A stretch of DNA of 54,067 nt from Girardia tigrina (taxonomy: Eukaryota), in assembly GCA_001938485.1 (NCBI GenBank), contig MQRK01219438.1, positions 1 to 54,067 on the forward strand. Reading direction: 5' to 3'. Of this stretch, positions 1 to 11,520 are shown one piece after another (positions within the stretch are counted from its first letter, which is position 1; each line of letters starts with the position of its first letter). The translations under genes and the position numbers were made by a program. The notes under the pieces are model-generated. The model worked only from the letters and a program-made list of their open reading frames with translations. It searched no databases and was not told the origin of the DNA.

Positions 1-380
1 ATTTGCAGAATTTCCAACTGCCTTTTAACTTTAAATTATCTTTTTTTTATTACATCTCTGACAACAAAAATTTTAACAAAAAATTCTTCCCAATAACTCT
101 TAAAATAAATGCAAAACAAATAAATTCAATTATTTATGAAATTAACTTTTTAAAATTTATTAAGATATTTTTTACTAATAACTATTTAAAACTTTTGATT
201 TTAAATATTTTTTTATTTTAGAGATTATTTATAACAATTAATTATTTCCAAAAATTTAAAGAATGAGCCTGTTCTTTTTTTAAAGAATTTAAAAGGTTTT
301 TATTTTAAAGAATTATTTCATTTTAATTTTATATTTAATTTATTTAAAATATAAATATGATTTTTAAAAATATCAAAAAT

Positions 381-1140
381 TTAAAGTTCACCAAAAGGAA
401 CCCCAACAGCCACATTTAATTGAACGATTCCATAATTGATCATTTCTGAATCATTTGTACAATGGATACGTTTTTGGGTTTCTCTTATTTTAATATCTTT
501 CAAATTTTTAACTATCTCCGCTTTAATTACATTTACTTTGGCTCCGGTGTCCAAAAGACAATGAACTTTTCTATCTTTCATGTAAAAATCTACACTTGGA
601 CGTCCTTTCAGTTCTTTATAATTTATCTTAAACTTTGATATCTTCAATATTTCCGTTTTACCATTTACTTTCTTATCATCTTGAGTTGTCTTACTATTGC
701 ACAATTTTCGATTTAAAATATCTTCATTAAAATATCTACATTCAAGTTCGCACACATCTTGAGGAATATTTTCATTTGTAAAATCAAACATACAATCACA
801 CACACATTAATACATACAATCAAACATACATTTACATTGGTTTTCTAATGAAGCATACTGATCACCTCTCCTTGTGATCATGCATCCTCATTTTCTTGTT
901 CGTCTCCGAATCTTCATTTACCTCTAGAATAAATTCGTGTTGTATTCTCTTCTCTTATATTAGATATTTCCGATCCCCTGTCCATTTCATCATCTCTGTC
1001 GTCTAACACCGCCAAGTGTTGTTTCTTATTCATTTATGCCGGTTGTTCTAATCTCTGATTAGAATAATCTCTCCTGTTACTCCAACGATTTCTATTATTG
1101 TCCCATTTCCGTTGGTCACGTTCTTTTAACTGTTGGGATC
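381..1140 (-). mobile_element. Ty3/gypsy remnant: gag C-terminus plus aspartic protease (truncated)
   Basis: CLLDTGAKVNVI protease motif; closely similar to 7541-8060 of the full-length element. Confidence 0.85.
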
Positions 1141-1316
1141 CTGAATAAGAAAAATATAAAACATATAAAATGATCTTACTTGTTGTCCTAAATAAAAAAT
1201 TAAAAAGATCAAAAATAAATTAAATAATAGAGACGGATAATCCCATTTTAACCTTCCCTTTGTTTGAGCAGGTTGCTCAGCGACGCGAGGCGGTTAATTG
1301 GGATAATAATAAAGAC

Positions 1317-1319
<3 letters not shown>

Positions 1320-1368
<49 letters not shown>
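1320..1368. repeat. (TA)n microsatellite within an ATT-rich low-complexity tract
   Basis: About 24 perfect TA units; (ATT)n tracts nearby and at roughly 2900-3200. Confidence 0.97.
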
Positions 1369-1370
<2 letters not shown>

Positions 1371-3996
1371 TAGTATATATTTATTATTTATCATTATTAT
1401 TGATTTAATATTCATTTATAACATTATTAATTTTATCTTTATTTATTTTTATTATTTTATTATTATTACTATTATTATTAGAATTAATATTATTATATTC
1501 ATGTTCGGTGAGTTTCTCCTTCCTCCTCAGGGACCCATTCATTATAAGGGTACTCCTGATTTTGGCGGAGAAGTTCGTCAGATGAATTGGTATTATTGAA
1601 ATAAGTATAATTATTATTATCTTTATTTTTATGTAATTAAAATTTGTATTATTATTCATATTATAATTGGCATTATTAGTATTATTATTATTATTATTAT
1701 TGTTATTATCATTATTTGTTAAGACACGGGTAAAGGGGAAGTACTTCCTTTACTTGACTATTGTGCTTAACAAAAGAAGATGAACAATCTTCTATTTATT
1801 TATTAAATCTCTTACAGAATTGTTTAAGTGATATTCCCTGAAATTACTCTCTTCAATTAAAACTTAACCAAATGATCAATAATTATTTATAATTATTATT
1901 TATATCAATAATGCAAAACAACAAAGAATTTTATATAAGATTTATTGATAATATAAACAATATTTTACAGCTTAATTAAAAGGAAACAAATAATACAGAT
2001 ATTCTATGTGTGAAGTATACTTAGATCGCTTTGAAATCACCGTTTCAAAGCGTCTATCAGTTTGGTAAATAGTGATTATTATTTTAATATAATATGGATT
2101 AAATGTTATAAATTTTAATTAATTTAATTTAAGAAAATAAAATATAATCGAATAATCACCAGAAAAGAATTCGGTTCGTCGGATCGTAACGGCACAATAT
2201 CAGAAGTTTCTCAAAGGTTCGATCGCAGAAACAAAATCTCTCGAAATGTTTGGTCTGCAAGGGCGTTACACGAGGCTTTGCCAAATTCAATAAATAAACA
2301 AGGATTTGCTGCAATATACAAAAACGTCACTGGGAATGTCGTAGTATTCTAATCAATATAATAATGCCTTTCATCAAACGAATCTATGAAGAAAATTAAA
2401 ATCATCCTAATTTTCAACAAGAATCTTACCTGTGAAGAAAATTAAAATCATCAATTGTGTTGCTAGACTGTTCTTATTATATATGAAATTTCATGCGTGG
2501 CCAATTTGCAGACGGAGATGAAAAACGCGTGCGTGAGAATAAAAAAATAAAAAGGTAAAAACGCGTGGCTCATATGAAAGAATAAACAGTAAACGCGGCC
2601 ACCGCAAGTAGGGACGCACTATGCGTAACAAAAAATCTCACGCATAAAAAATAATTTTTAAATTTAATTATAAATAATATATATAATTTTAAATTTATTT
2701 TGAATAAAATTATAAATAATAAATAAAATTGTAAATAATATCCTCGTATTATTTAATTCGACGGATAAAATAACATCAAAAAATAAAATAAACAACAATA
2801 ATTAATATCAAGATAAATAAATTTATTTACATTTTTCACCAAAACAATTAAATAAGGTAATGATTAATAAAATAATTTTATTTACATTCCTCAACAATTA
2901 GTAAATGGTAATATTATTATATTAGTATTATTGTTATTATTAATATTGTTTTTATCATAATATTATTATATCATTATTATTATTATTATTAAAAGTAATA
3001 TTATTNNNNNNNNNNNNNNNNNNNNNNNNNNNNNNNNNNNNNNNNNNNNNNNNNNNNNNNNNNNNNNNNNNNNNNNNNNNNNNNNNNNNNNNNNNNNNNN
3101 NNNNNNNNNNNNNNNNNNNNNNNNNNNNNNNNNNNNTAAAGTTCATATTATTATTCATATTATAATTATAATTATTATTATTAAAACTATCATTATTATT
3201 ATTATCAAAACAACTTACCTTTTTGGAAATAAAAAAAATAAATTAATAATTTCAAAAATTCCAAATTGAAAGACTTTCACTGGGATGACATTTGCTGATT
3301 GGCTTTGCCAATCGGTGTGTCACATCATACCCAGATGAAAGTCAATAGTTTTTTTTATTTCAAAAAATTGATGGGAACAAATTCCCAGTTCATCAAATTG
3401 GCAGTTGGCGGATAATTGGGCAAATTCCAAAACTAATGAAGAATCCGCAGTTAGCGGATAATTGGGAAAATAACAAAGTTGATAGGGAATCCGCAGTTGG
3501 CGGATAGTTGCATTGATATTTAACACCAGCAATCAAAAAAAATTTTGAAAAACCAGTGCCACATGGTGGCCTAAATTTTTGAAATTAATGAAAAACAAAT
3601 AATACAAATAATTTAAATTTTAATATATTTTATATATATTCATAATAAAAATTGGGTATAAATACCCTTTAAAAAATGTAATACACTCACAAAAATCAAA
3701 TACAAAAAAATAAAATATGAAACAAGTTTCAATCAAATTGTTATTCGGCCTGAATTATTATATCAAATATCCATGTACAATATTTTGTGATTATCAAATA
3801 TAAATTTTTATATTATTTGTCATTGATGTCAATTGCAATAAATTTAACAGTATCAATTCTCGAGCTGGGTTCGAGCTACGAACAAGCAACGCAGCCTTTG
3901 ATTTAAGATGATTCAATTCACAACAATATATTTTCTTTGAACAGAATTATTCAAACGACAATTCAGTTATCTACCCAGCAATAAACTTGTTAACCC

Positions 3997-4220
3997 CTAA
4001 CAAAACCTATTTGGGTTTTCATAACATTGTGTTCGTAGGTGTCCTCTTCTTTGACAGTGGCTACACTTAACATTCGGATATTCTCTTCTAACATGACCTT
4101 CCTGGTGGTATGTCCAAAAAATTATTTTTCTGACTTTATAATTTCGATGTGTTCCTTCTCTCTTCACTTCTTCGTTCCGTGGTTTTGGCGTTCTTCTTTT
4201 ATCCTTCACAGTTTTCCAAT
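3997..4220 (-). mobile_element. 3' part of a disrupted gypsy gag (zinc knuckles); target of the nested insertion
   Basis: GHVRREYPNVKCSHCQRRGHLRTQC; joins 9466-9715 across the CCAAT TSD. Confidence 0.85.
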
Positions 4221-4671
4221 TATTAACAACATCACAATTTGAATGCAAACATTTATTCACAACACAAACAGATTCTTTACAACAATTTTCAGTGGTCATC
4301 TTTCTTTGATTAATATAGTTTTTGATTAAATATTTAAATATGAAAAAATCAATGAGTGGGGAAATTTTAATATTACATTTTAATTTCTCATAATTTTTAT
4401 TGGATAAAAAGACATTATGTAATTTTTTAAATAAACATTAATTTTTAAAATATANNNNNNNNNNNNNNNNNNNNNNNNNNNNNNNNNNNNNNNNNNNNNN
4501 NNNNNNNNNNNNNNNNNNNNNNNNNNNNNNNNNNNNNNNNNNNNNNNNNNNNAATTTCATTAGATTCAAATAATTAATCAAATAACATATCAATCCCATC
4601 TGAGTAGGAGAGTCACAAATCTAAACAGCATGCAAACAACAAACTTACAACATTCACAATTATCCCTCACA
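4221..4671 (-). repeat. 3' LTR (contains an N gap)
   Basis: Direct repeat of 9014-9465; preceded by the PPT. Confidence 0.95.
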
Positions 4672-5521
4672 TCCCCCTCGATTTAAATGGCTTTAGCCAT
4701 TCTACATTTCTTATTAATATTTTACCACAGTCGAGTTGCAATTCATAACTTCTTTCATGTATCCGTCTTATTATCATTGCAGGGCCAATATATCGGTCGT
4801 CTTCTTTTGATGCATTTTCTCTCTTTATCAATACATGGTCTCCAATTTTGAAAATTCTTCTCGTTTCTGGAGCTTTTCCTTCTTTTCCCATTTGGTTTCC
4901 TTTATCTTCTTTATTTTTCCACCTATGTCTTAATTTCCTTCCATATATTATTTCTGCTGGTGAGATACCTGTCGTGGCTTGAATGGTACTATTCATCATA
5001 AATTCTATTTCTGAGAATACTTCCGTCCAATCTCTATGTGTTCCATCCTTTATTCTGATATTAAGAGCATCTCTAATTGTTCTAAATTGTCGTTCTATAA
5101 TTCCATTGGTATTGTGGTGATACGGGCTTGAATAAAATACTTCTATCTTAAACTTCTTCAGTGTTTCTTTAAATAGTTCTGATTCAAATGTTTTGCCTCT
5201 ATCCACATCGATTTCTTTAGGTGGTCCATATTTATATATCCATCTATCCAGCAATATTTTCCGTAGCGTTCTTTTGTCTTGGTGAGCAACTGCATTCAGG
5301 CTAATATATCGGCTAAATTGATCAATTATCGCCAAAATATACTGATATCCATTAATATTTCTCTTGAATGGACCACAAAAATCTATATATATCTTCTGAA
5401 AAGGTTCATCTGCAAATCGCTTAATATGTCTTTCTTTTGTTTTCGCAGTTAGTGTTTTTCGCTTTTGACAATTTATGCAACTTTGAACAACTTCTTTTAT
5501 CTTTTCTCTCATATTTTCCAT
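4667..5521 (-). pseudogene. Integrase portion of gypsy pol
   Basis: CINCQ zinc-finger half, YIDFCGP, IIDQFSR, DVDRG, NGIIERQFRT; stop codon lies inside the 3' LTR. Confidence 0.92.
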
Positions 5522-5528
5522 ATCAAAA

Positions 5529-7942
5529 TCATCTCTGANNNNNNNNNNNNNNNNNNNNNNNNNNNNNNNNNNNNNNNNNNNNNNNNNNNNNNNNNNNNNN
5601 NNNNNNNNNATTTGTTCTCGGGATCCAGTACTTATTATTTTCCGTTGCTACAATGTCATCTTTCAGTTTCCATTTATTTGTTCTTCCTTGTTTCAAATCT
5701 TTCTTGATTTGTTCGATTTCTTCATTATCATTCTTCCATTTGAAACTATTTGGTTCTTCGTGTAACGCTAGAATTCGAGTTTTAATCTTTCCTTTCTTTG
5801 CTTCTTCATATGTTGTTTCACATTTACTACATGATTCGCAAGAGTTTCTCGACATAGCATCTGCATTTGAGTGCCTTTCACCTTTCCTGTATTCCATTCT
5901 CAGGAATACAGCTGAGAAAATTTATACATGTTTGAAATTGCGGTGTTATTGGATTCTTTGTGGTCATCATAAACGTAATAGCGTTTTGGTCTGTTCTCAA
6001 CAAGAATCTTTTCCCATATAAGAAATGCTTAAAATGCTGAGTGAAATAGTATATCGCTAGTAATTCTTTTCTGGTAATGCAATAACCAAGTTCATGTTTA
6101 TTCATCTTATGAGAACCATATGCAATAACTCTTTCTCTCCCACTCAAGTCTTTTTGTGACAGTATTGCTCCAATCGTATCGAAACTTGCGTCTGTGTCCA
6201 ATATAAATTCTTTATCGAAGTCTAGATACGCCAAGATTGGAGTTTGAACCATTCTTTTAATCTCTGAAAAGCTTCGTCACATTCTTTTGTCCATATTATT
6301 TTCTTATCCTTGTTTTTACCACACATGCCTTCTAAACCTTTCGAATATCTTGCGTAATCTTTTATAAATATTCTGTAATAATTTTTCAAACCCAAGAAAC
6401 TCCTTAAATGTTTAATACATGATGGGTTTTGAAACTTGTTAATCGCATCAATCTTTGTTTTATCAGTTTCTATACCATCTTTACTTATTACGTAGCCCAG
6501 AAACTTGGTCTTTTCTACTAGAAATTGACATTTCTCTGGATTTATCCTCAAACCTGATTCTTTGATTTTTTGAAACACATTCTTTATTCTTTGTAGATGT
6601 TCGTTCTTCTCTTTAGAAAATATCAAGAGATAATCTAGGTATACGACTGCTTCCTTCCAGTTTAATTCCCCAAGAATTTTTACCATTAGTTCTTGAAAGG
6701 TGGCCGGAGCGGCTGCTATTCCGAAATGCATTCTTTTAAAACAATATTGACCATTCTTTGTCGAGAATGCCGTTTTAATCTTTGATTCTTCATCAAGTTA
6801 AACTTGATAGTATGCGTTTCCCAAGTCAATTGTACTGAAATACTTTGCATCGTTCAATGTATTCAACATATCATCCACATTTGGCATAGGGAATGCTGGT
6901 CTGAAAGTAACTTTATTTAATTGTCTAAAATCCATGCACACTCGTATTTCTTGTTTCTCTTTCTTCCAGACGCATACCAATGGAAAGTTCCATGGTGAAC
7001 TACATTTTTCGATTATATCATTTTCTTCAAAATTTTTAATAACTTCGTCTAATTTTTCATCAAAATACCTTGGCTGTCTATACGGCTTTACTAACACCGG
7101 TTCACCATTAGTTTCTATTTTGTGTTTTGTCAATGATGTTTTCCCAATATCCCATTTATTTACCATGAATATCGACTTAAACTCTTTTATCATGTTCATC
7201 AACTGATCATCGACCTTACCTCCGTATAAGTCCGTTATCCTTTTCAATCTGTCTTCATCTGATGGGCTATCCCTTATCANNNNNNNNNNNNNNNNNNNNN
7301 NNNNNNNNNNNNNNNNNNNNNNNNNNNNNATCATCGACCTTACCTCCGTATAAGTCCGTTATCCTTTTCAATCTGTCTTCATCTGATGGGCTATCCCTTA
7401 TCATAAATACATCACTATTTTGTATTGATTTCTTAATCAGCTTTATCCTAAAATTATCCAAAAAGTCCACTCCTGCTGTCATTTCTGGGTTCATTCCTTT
7501 GACAACATTGAATTGTATATTCTTTTGGTTCCCTTCAATTTTAATCTTCAAGAGTTCCATAATTTATTAATTCCGAAGCATTTGCGAATGCTAAACGTCT
7601 TCGCGATTCTCTAATCCTAATATTTGGTATGTTTTTAATTAAACTTAATTCAATCACATTTACTCTAGCACCGGTGTCTAAAAGACAATGTACTTCTCTA
7701 TTTTTAATGTAAAAATCTATACTTGGTCTACCATCCAGTTTGTCATATTTAATGTTAAGCTTTGTTATTTTTAAAATTTCTTCATTCTTCGTTTTGTTTC
7801 TTTTTTCTTCCATTTTACTACTAAAACAGTTTCCTTCACATTCTTCTTTCCAGCAATCTAATTTACAAACTTCCAGAGGGTTATTTCCAGTCCTACAATT
7901 ACATATACAATCACACACATATTCACATACACAATCACACAC
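5529..7942 (-). pseudogene. Frameshifted protease-RT-RNase H portion of gypsy pol
   Basis: Consecutive ORF fragments carrying PR, RT (DFRQLN, IDLGNAYYQV, HFGIAAAPATFQ, YLDY) and RH (DTDASF, TRKELLA) motifs. Confidence 0.92.
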
Positions 7943-7966
7943 ACCATCATACTTATTTTTATCACT

Positions 7967-8985
7967 TAATGAAGCACATTGATCACCTCTCCTTGCGATC
8001 GTGCCTCCTCGTTTCCCTGATCATTTTCATACATTTGTCTCTTATCTGGGAAGACCCTTTTAGTTAACTTTCCTTAGTTTAATCTAGTCTCTTCGTATTC
8101 GCTGTCTTCATTGCATTCATCAATTTCTGCAACTGGGTATTGACGATTTTGAGGTCTATTATGGTATCCTGCATTATTTTTTTTCTTCTAATCACTGTTT
8201 CTACTGTACTGTTCTCTTTCCTTAAATCTATTCTTGTTGAGATAACATTGAGTTCTATAATGGCCATTTCTGTTGCAACGAGTACACTTCACATTTGGGC
8301 AATCTCTTCTTATGTGGCCTTCTTCTTGGCATGCATAACATTTTACGGTTCCGTAATAATTGACTTTCGGTTTGAATCCATTATTTCCTTGGTTCCTATT
8401 GTTGTGTTCGTAATGTATATGTGGGATTCTTTCGTTGTGTACAGCTTTGCATCTAGTTACGGTTTTCCAATTATCTTGTTTATTTACCGTCGTATATGCT
8501 GCCACTGTTTCCTCACTTTCCATTTTACGTAGTTCGTACATATAGGTAACTACGCTTTTTATATCTTTGGTTTTAGTTGTTCCTCTCAGTTTTAATTCTT
8601 TTTTGATTTCATAACTGTCAACCATATTTAAACAGGCAAGGTTGAGTAGTTTTTTTAGACAATTTTTCTTTTGTTAGTATATTCACAAATTCTTCTGCTT
8701 TTTTGTATGTTTCTTCTGGGTTGGAGGATCCCCACCGTAAGTTTACCAACTCCTTCATTGTATCCAGAATTGATTTTTCTTTAGTAAATGCAGCCTTCAA
8801 TTTTCCTTTGTAATTTTTACAGTCCATTTCTGAATATTTTTTTATTGCCGATGGTGTCATAAACACAGTCACAATCACTATTTTCCTCTCTTCTGCTATA
8901 CCCATAATGTCGGAATAGCGTTTGAAATTATCAATGAAATCTTCCAAATCCGATTCTCATCCATTGAATTTTTCACATCCCATAA
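7967..8985 (-). pseudogene. Frameshifted gag with two CCHC zinc knuckles
   Basis: CYACQEEGHIRRDC and CTRCNRNGHYRTQC; inferred end GNEEARSQGEVINVLH*. Confidence 0.88.
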
Positions 8986-9013
8986 TGTTCGTTGTCACAT
9001 GAGGGGGTTGCCA

Positions 9014-9465
9014 TATTAACAACATCACAATTTGTATGCAAACATTTATTCACAACACAAACAGATTCTTTACAACAATTTTCAGTGGTCATCTTTCTTT
9101 GATTAATATAGTTTTTGATTAAATATTTAAATATGAAAAAATTAATGAATGGGGAAATTTTAATATTACATTTTAATTTCTCATAATTTTTATTGGATAA
9201 AAAGACATTATGTAATTTTTTAAATAAACATTAACTTTTATAATATATTAAATTTAATAAGTTAAAATAGTTTACTGAAAATATTATTAAAATTCATAAT
9301 CATCAAACTTTAATTAATTAGTACTTTAATTTAATATCATTAAATTAATTTCATTAGATTCAAATAATTAATCAAATAACATATCAATCCCATCTGAGTA
9401 GGAGAGTCACAAATCTAAACAGCATACAAACAACAAACTTACAACATTCACAATTATCCCTCACA
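9014..9465 (-). repeat. 5' LTR (452 bp, TG...TA)
   Basis: Direct repeat of 4221-4671; immediately followed by the PBS. Confidence 0.95.
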
Positions 9466-9715
9466 CCAATCGTTTTCTTTCCTTGTTAATATGCTGCTAT
9501 CGGTGGGTTTCTTTTCTTTTCCCGTATTCTTACATCCTAATTTGTATGTTTTCGATCTCCTCTTCCTTTGTTACCCCGTGAATGGATATCTCTTGATCGA
9601 CGTTATCATCCTCAATCATATTAGCATAGACCAAGTTTGATAATTCTTTCTTACCAAACTTTTTCTTCAATAATTTTTCGATTATTTCATCTGCTTTGCG
9701 AAACGCAATTGACGG
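9466..9715 (-). mobile_element. 5' part of the disrupted host gag
   Basis: FRKADEIIEKLLKKK resembles YKKAEEFVNILTKEK of the inserted element; reads ..IAAY*QGKENDW|KTVK across the TSD. Confidence 0.8.
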
Positions 9716-10589
9716 ATAACTCCAACCTACTCTTAACTCTGTCGGCACGTTTAACAATTAAACGCCCGTTTAAACGCTTAGTTTCATAATTTGTAGTAAA
9801 CGATTAGCAATCATTAAACACGTTTAACCGTATTTTTTAATGTTTATTATTCTTCGATAAGACAAAAACAATTAGCTGAACTTTTTACGATCATATAATT
9901 CTGCAAATGTACTTGTTGTACTATTATCAATCACTAGAAAAAAGCGTATCTTACGCATCTTAAATCTTCATGACAGAAAATTTTCAACATCACTATAATT
10001 TTCTAAAGACACAGTTTTCAGAAGATTTTCGATAGGACGGTAGATATTCCATCACTTCAAAACGCTACGTGAGTCATTCACTATTGAGGTTCACAGCAAT
10101 CGAAAATGTTGATTCGATATTGTAGTTTACCTACTACAGTCATACACAGATTTTATATAGTTACAATAATTATATATATGATAAGAGAGCGTGCGCCGCG
10201 TGGCTGCGGCACCCTGAAGTCAGGGGGGGCGGTGGTGGGGTCGGGGGGAATAATTTAATATACATTACACGCTAAGGTCACCCAGAAGACTCAAACACTT
10301 GGATCGGCCGTCGCTCAACGCGGCGAGAACCTCATCAGCTTGTGACATCACACATCCGCCGCTGCAAAATCGCATCAATCGATGAATTCGCTTGTTGTTG
10401 TGATGCTCGTCCGACCGACTTTTCCAATATGAAACATTTTCTAATAATTAATATTCAACATCTTCAATTTAAATCCAAAACGAAAGGAAAATTCAATTTG
10501 TCGAAAACTTTTGTTTATTTTACATCAATATTTACATCAATCCAAATTCAAAATTCTTTTTCGACATTTATATTATTTTTATTCATTTA

Positions 10590-11207
10590 AACAACATGAA
10601 TAATTAAAAAAACACTCCACATAATGACAAAAACCAAATAAAAATATCGCCATTTCCAAAAAGTAAAATTGAACATTTTTCTAACATGATATTTGATCCA
10701 GTTTGAACTTCATTTTCTTTCATATATATATACGAGAAGATAGTCGAGTTTTTGAGTGAAGACAAGCGTGCAACAACGAGGAACATTGCAGAGCGAAATG
10801 ATCAGGATAAAACCATGGTATGCCAGCACTTGAATGCAATGAGATACCGATAACTGGAAAATTGCTGGGTGTCCCACGCTCTGACGCAACAGAACAATGA
10901 TAATCTCAAAAGAATTTGTCAACAGCTATTCGATAGTTATCACCGGAATGATTTCCTGTCCCAAATCATCATATGCGATGAGATATGTGTACTGTGACAA
11001 CGAAGGTGCTTTAAACAATAGATCATGGAGAAAATCGGATGAAAACCCAAAATGGGATACGCAGCCTCCCTGGACGTTGGATGAGATGTATTGAGCACAA
11101 TGGTGACTACTTTTCGCATTTGCATGACGTGGACGAATGATAAAATATTTTAGATTTTATTGTATTTTGATGTTTTTTTGCCTCAAAACTTATGAGGCAA
11201 CCCTATA
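10590..11207 (+). mobile_element. Mariner transposase remnant with 3' TIR
   Basis: Reads KIVEFLSEDKRATTRNIAE...CWVSHALT (WVPHEL-like)...FLSQIIICDE, then YVYCDN after a frameshift; mariner-like end AAAACTTATGAGGCAACCCTATA at about 11185-11207; catalytic C-terminus deleted. Confidence 0.82.
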
Positions 11208-11520
11208 TAATTTTAATGATTATAGCCCTGCTGTTCTCGGTGGGGTACTATTGTAATATCTCTAGACATTAGGATTTTTTAGTTTTGTTATATAGTTTTT
11301 TCGAGGTATGTCGGAAATTTTAAGATAAAATTAAAGATAAATTTAAAGATAAAATGCAATGCATTATAAGAAGTTTTTGAAAGAAGAGAAAGAAAGTCCG
11401 GAAAGAAAATTTCACCCTCTCCATCTTTATTTATTCTTCTATTATTATTTAAAATTTAAAAATAATATAAAAATCAATGGAATATTAATGATTGCATAAA
11501 AAAAATCAAATTTATATGTG

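Larger units (their letters stand above)
4221..9465 (-). mobile_element. Full-length but disabled Ty3/gypsy LTR retrotransposon (gag-PR-RT-RH-IN)
   Basis: LTRs 9014-9465 and 4221-4671 with about 6 visible differences; TSD CCAAT at 4216-4220 and 9466-9470; PBS-like TGGCAACCCC at 9013 downward; PPT GAGGGGGA before the 3' LTR; gag CCHC knuckles, LLDTGA protease, RT with YLDD changed to YLDY, RNase H TDASF, integrase core; multiple stops and frameshifts. Confidence 0.97.

Noticed and set aside
1264-1659. 111-aa and 84-aa ORFs that look like membrane proteins
   Set aside because: They are translations of (TA)n and (ATT)n low-complexity DNA.
3865-3885. tRNA gene (GGTTCGA)
   Set aside because: No cloverleaf, A-box or acceptor stem around the motif.
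7206-7403. Identical 74-bp direct repeat in pol (7206-7279 and 7330-7403)
   Set aside because: The copies flank an N gap exactly, which is typical of an unmerged contig overlap rather than a biological duplication.
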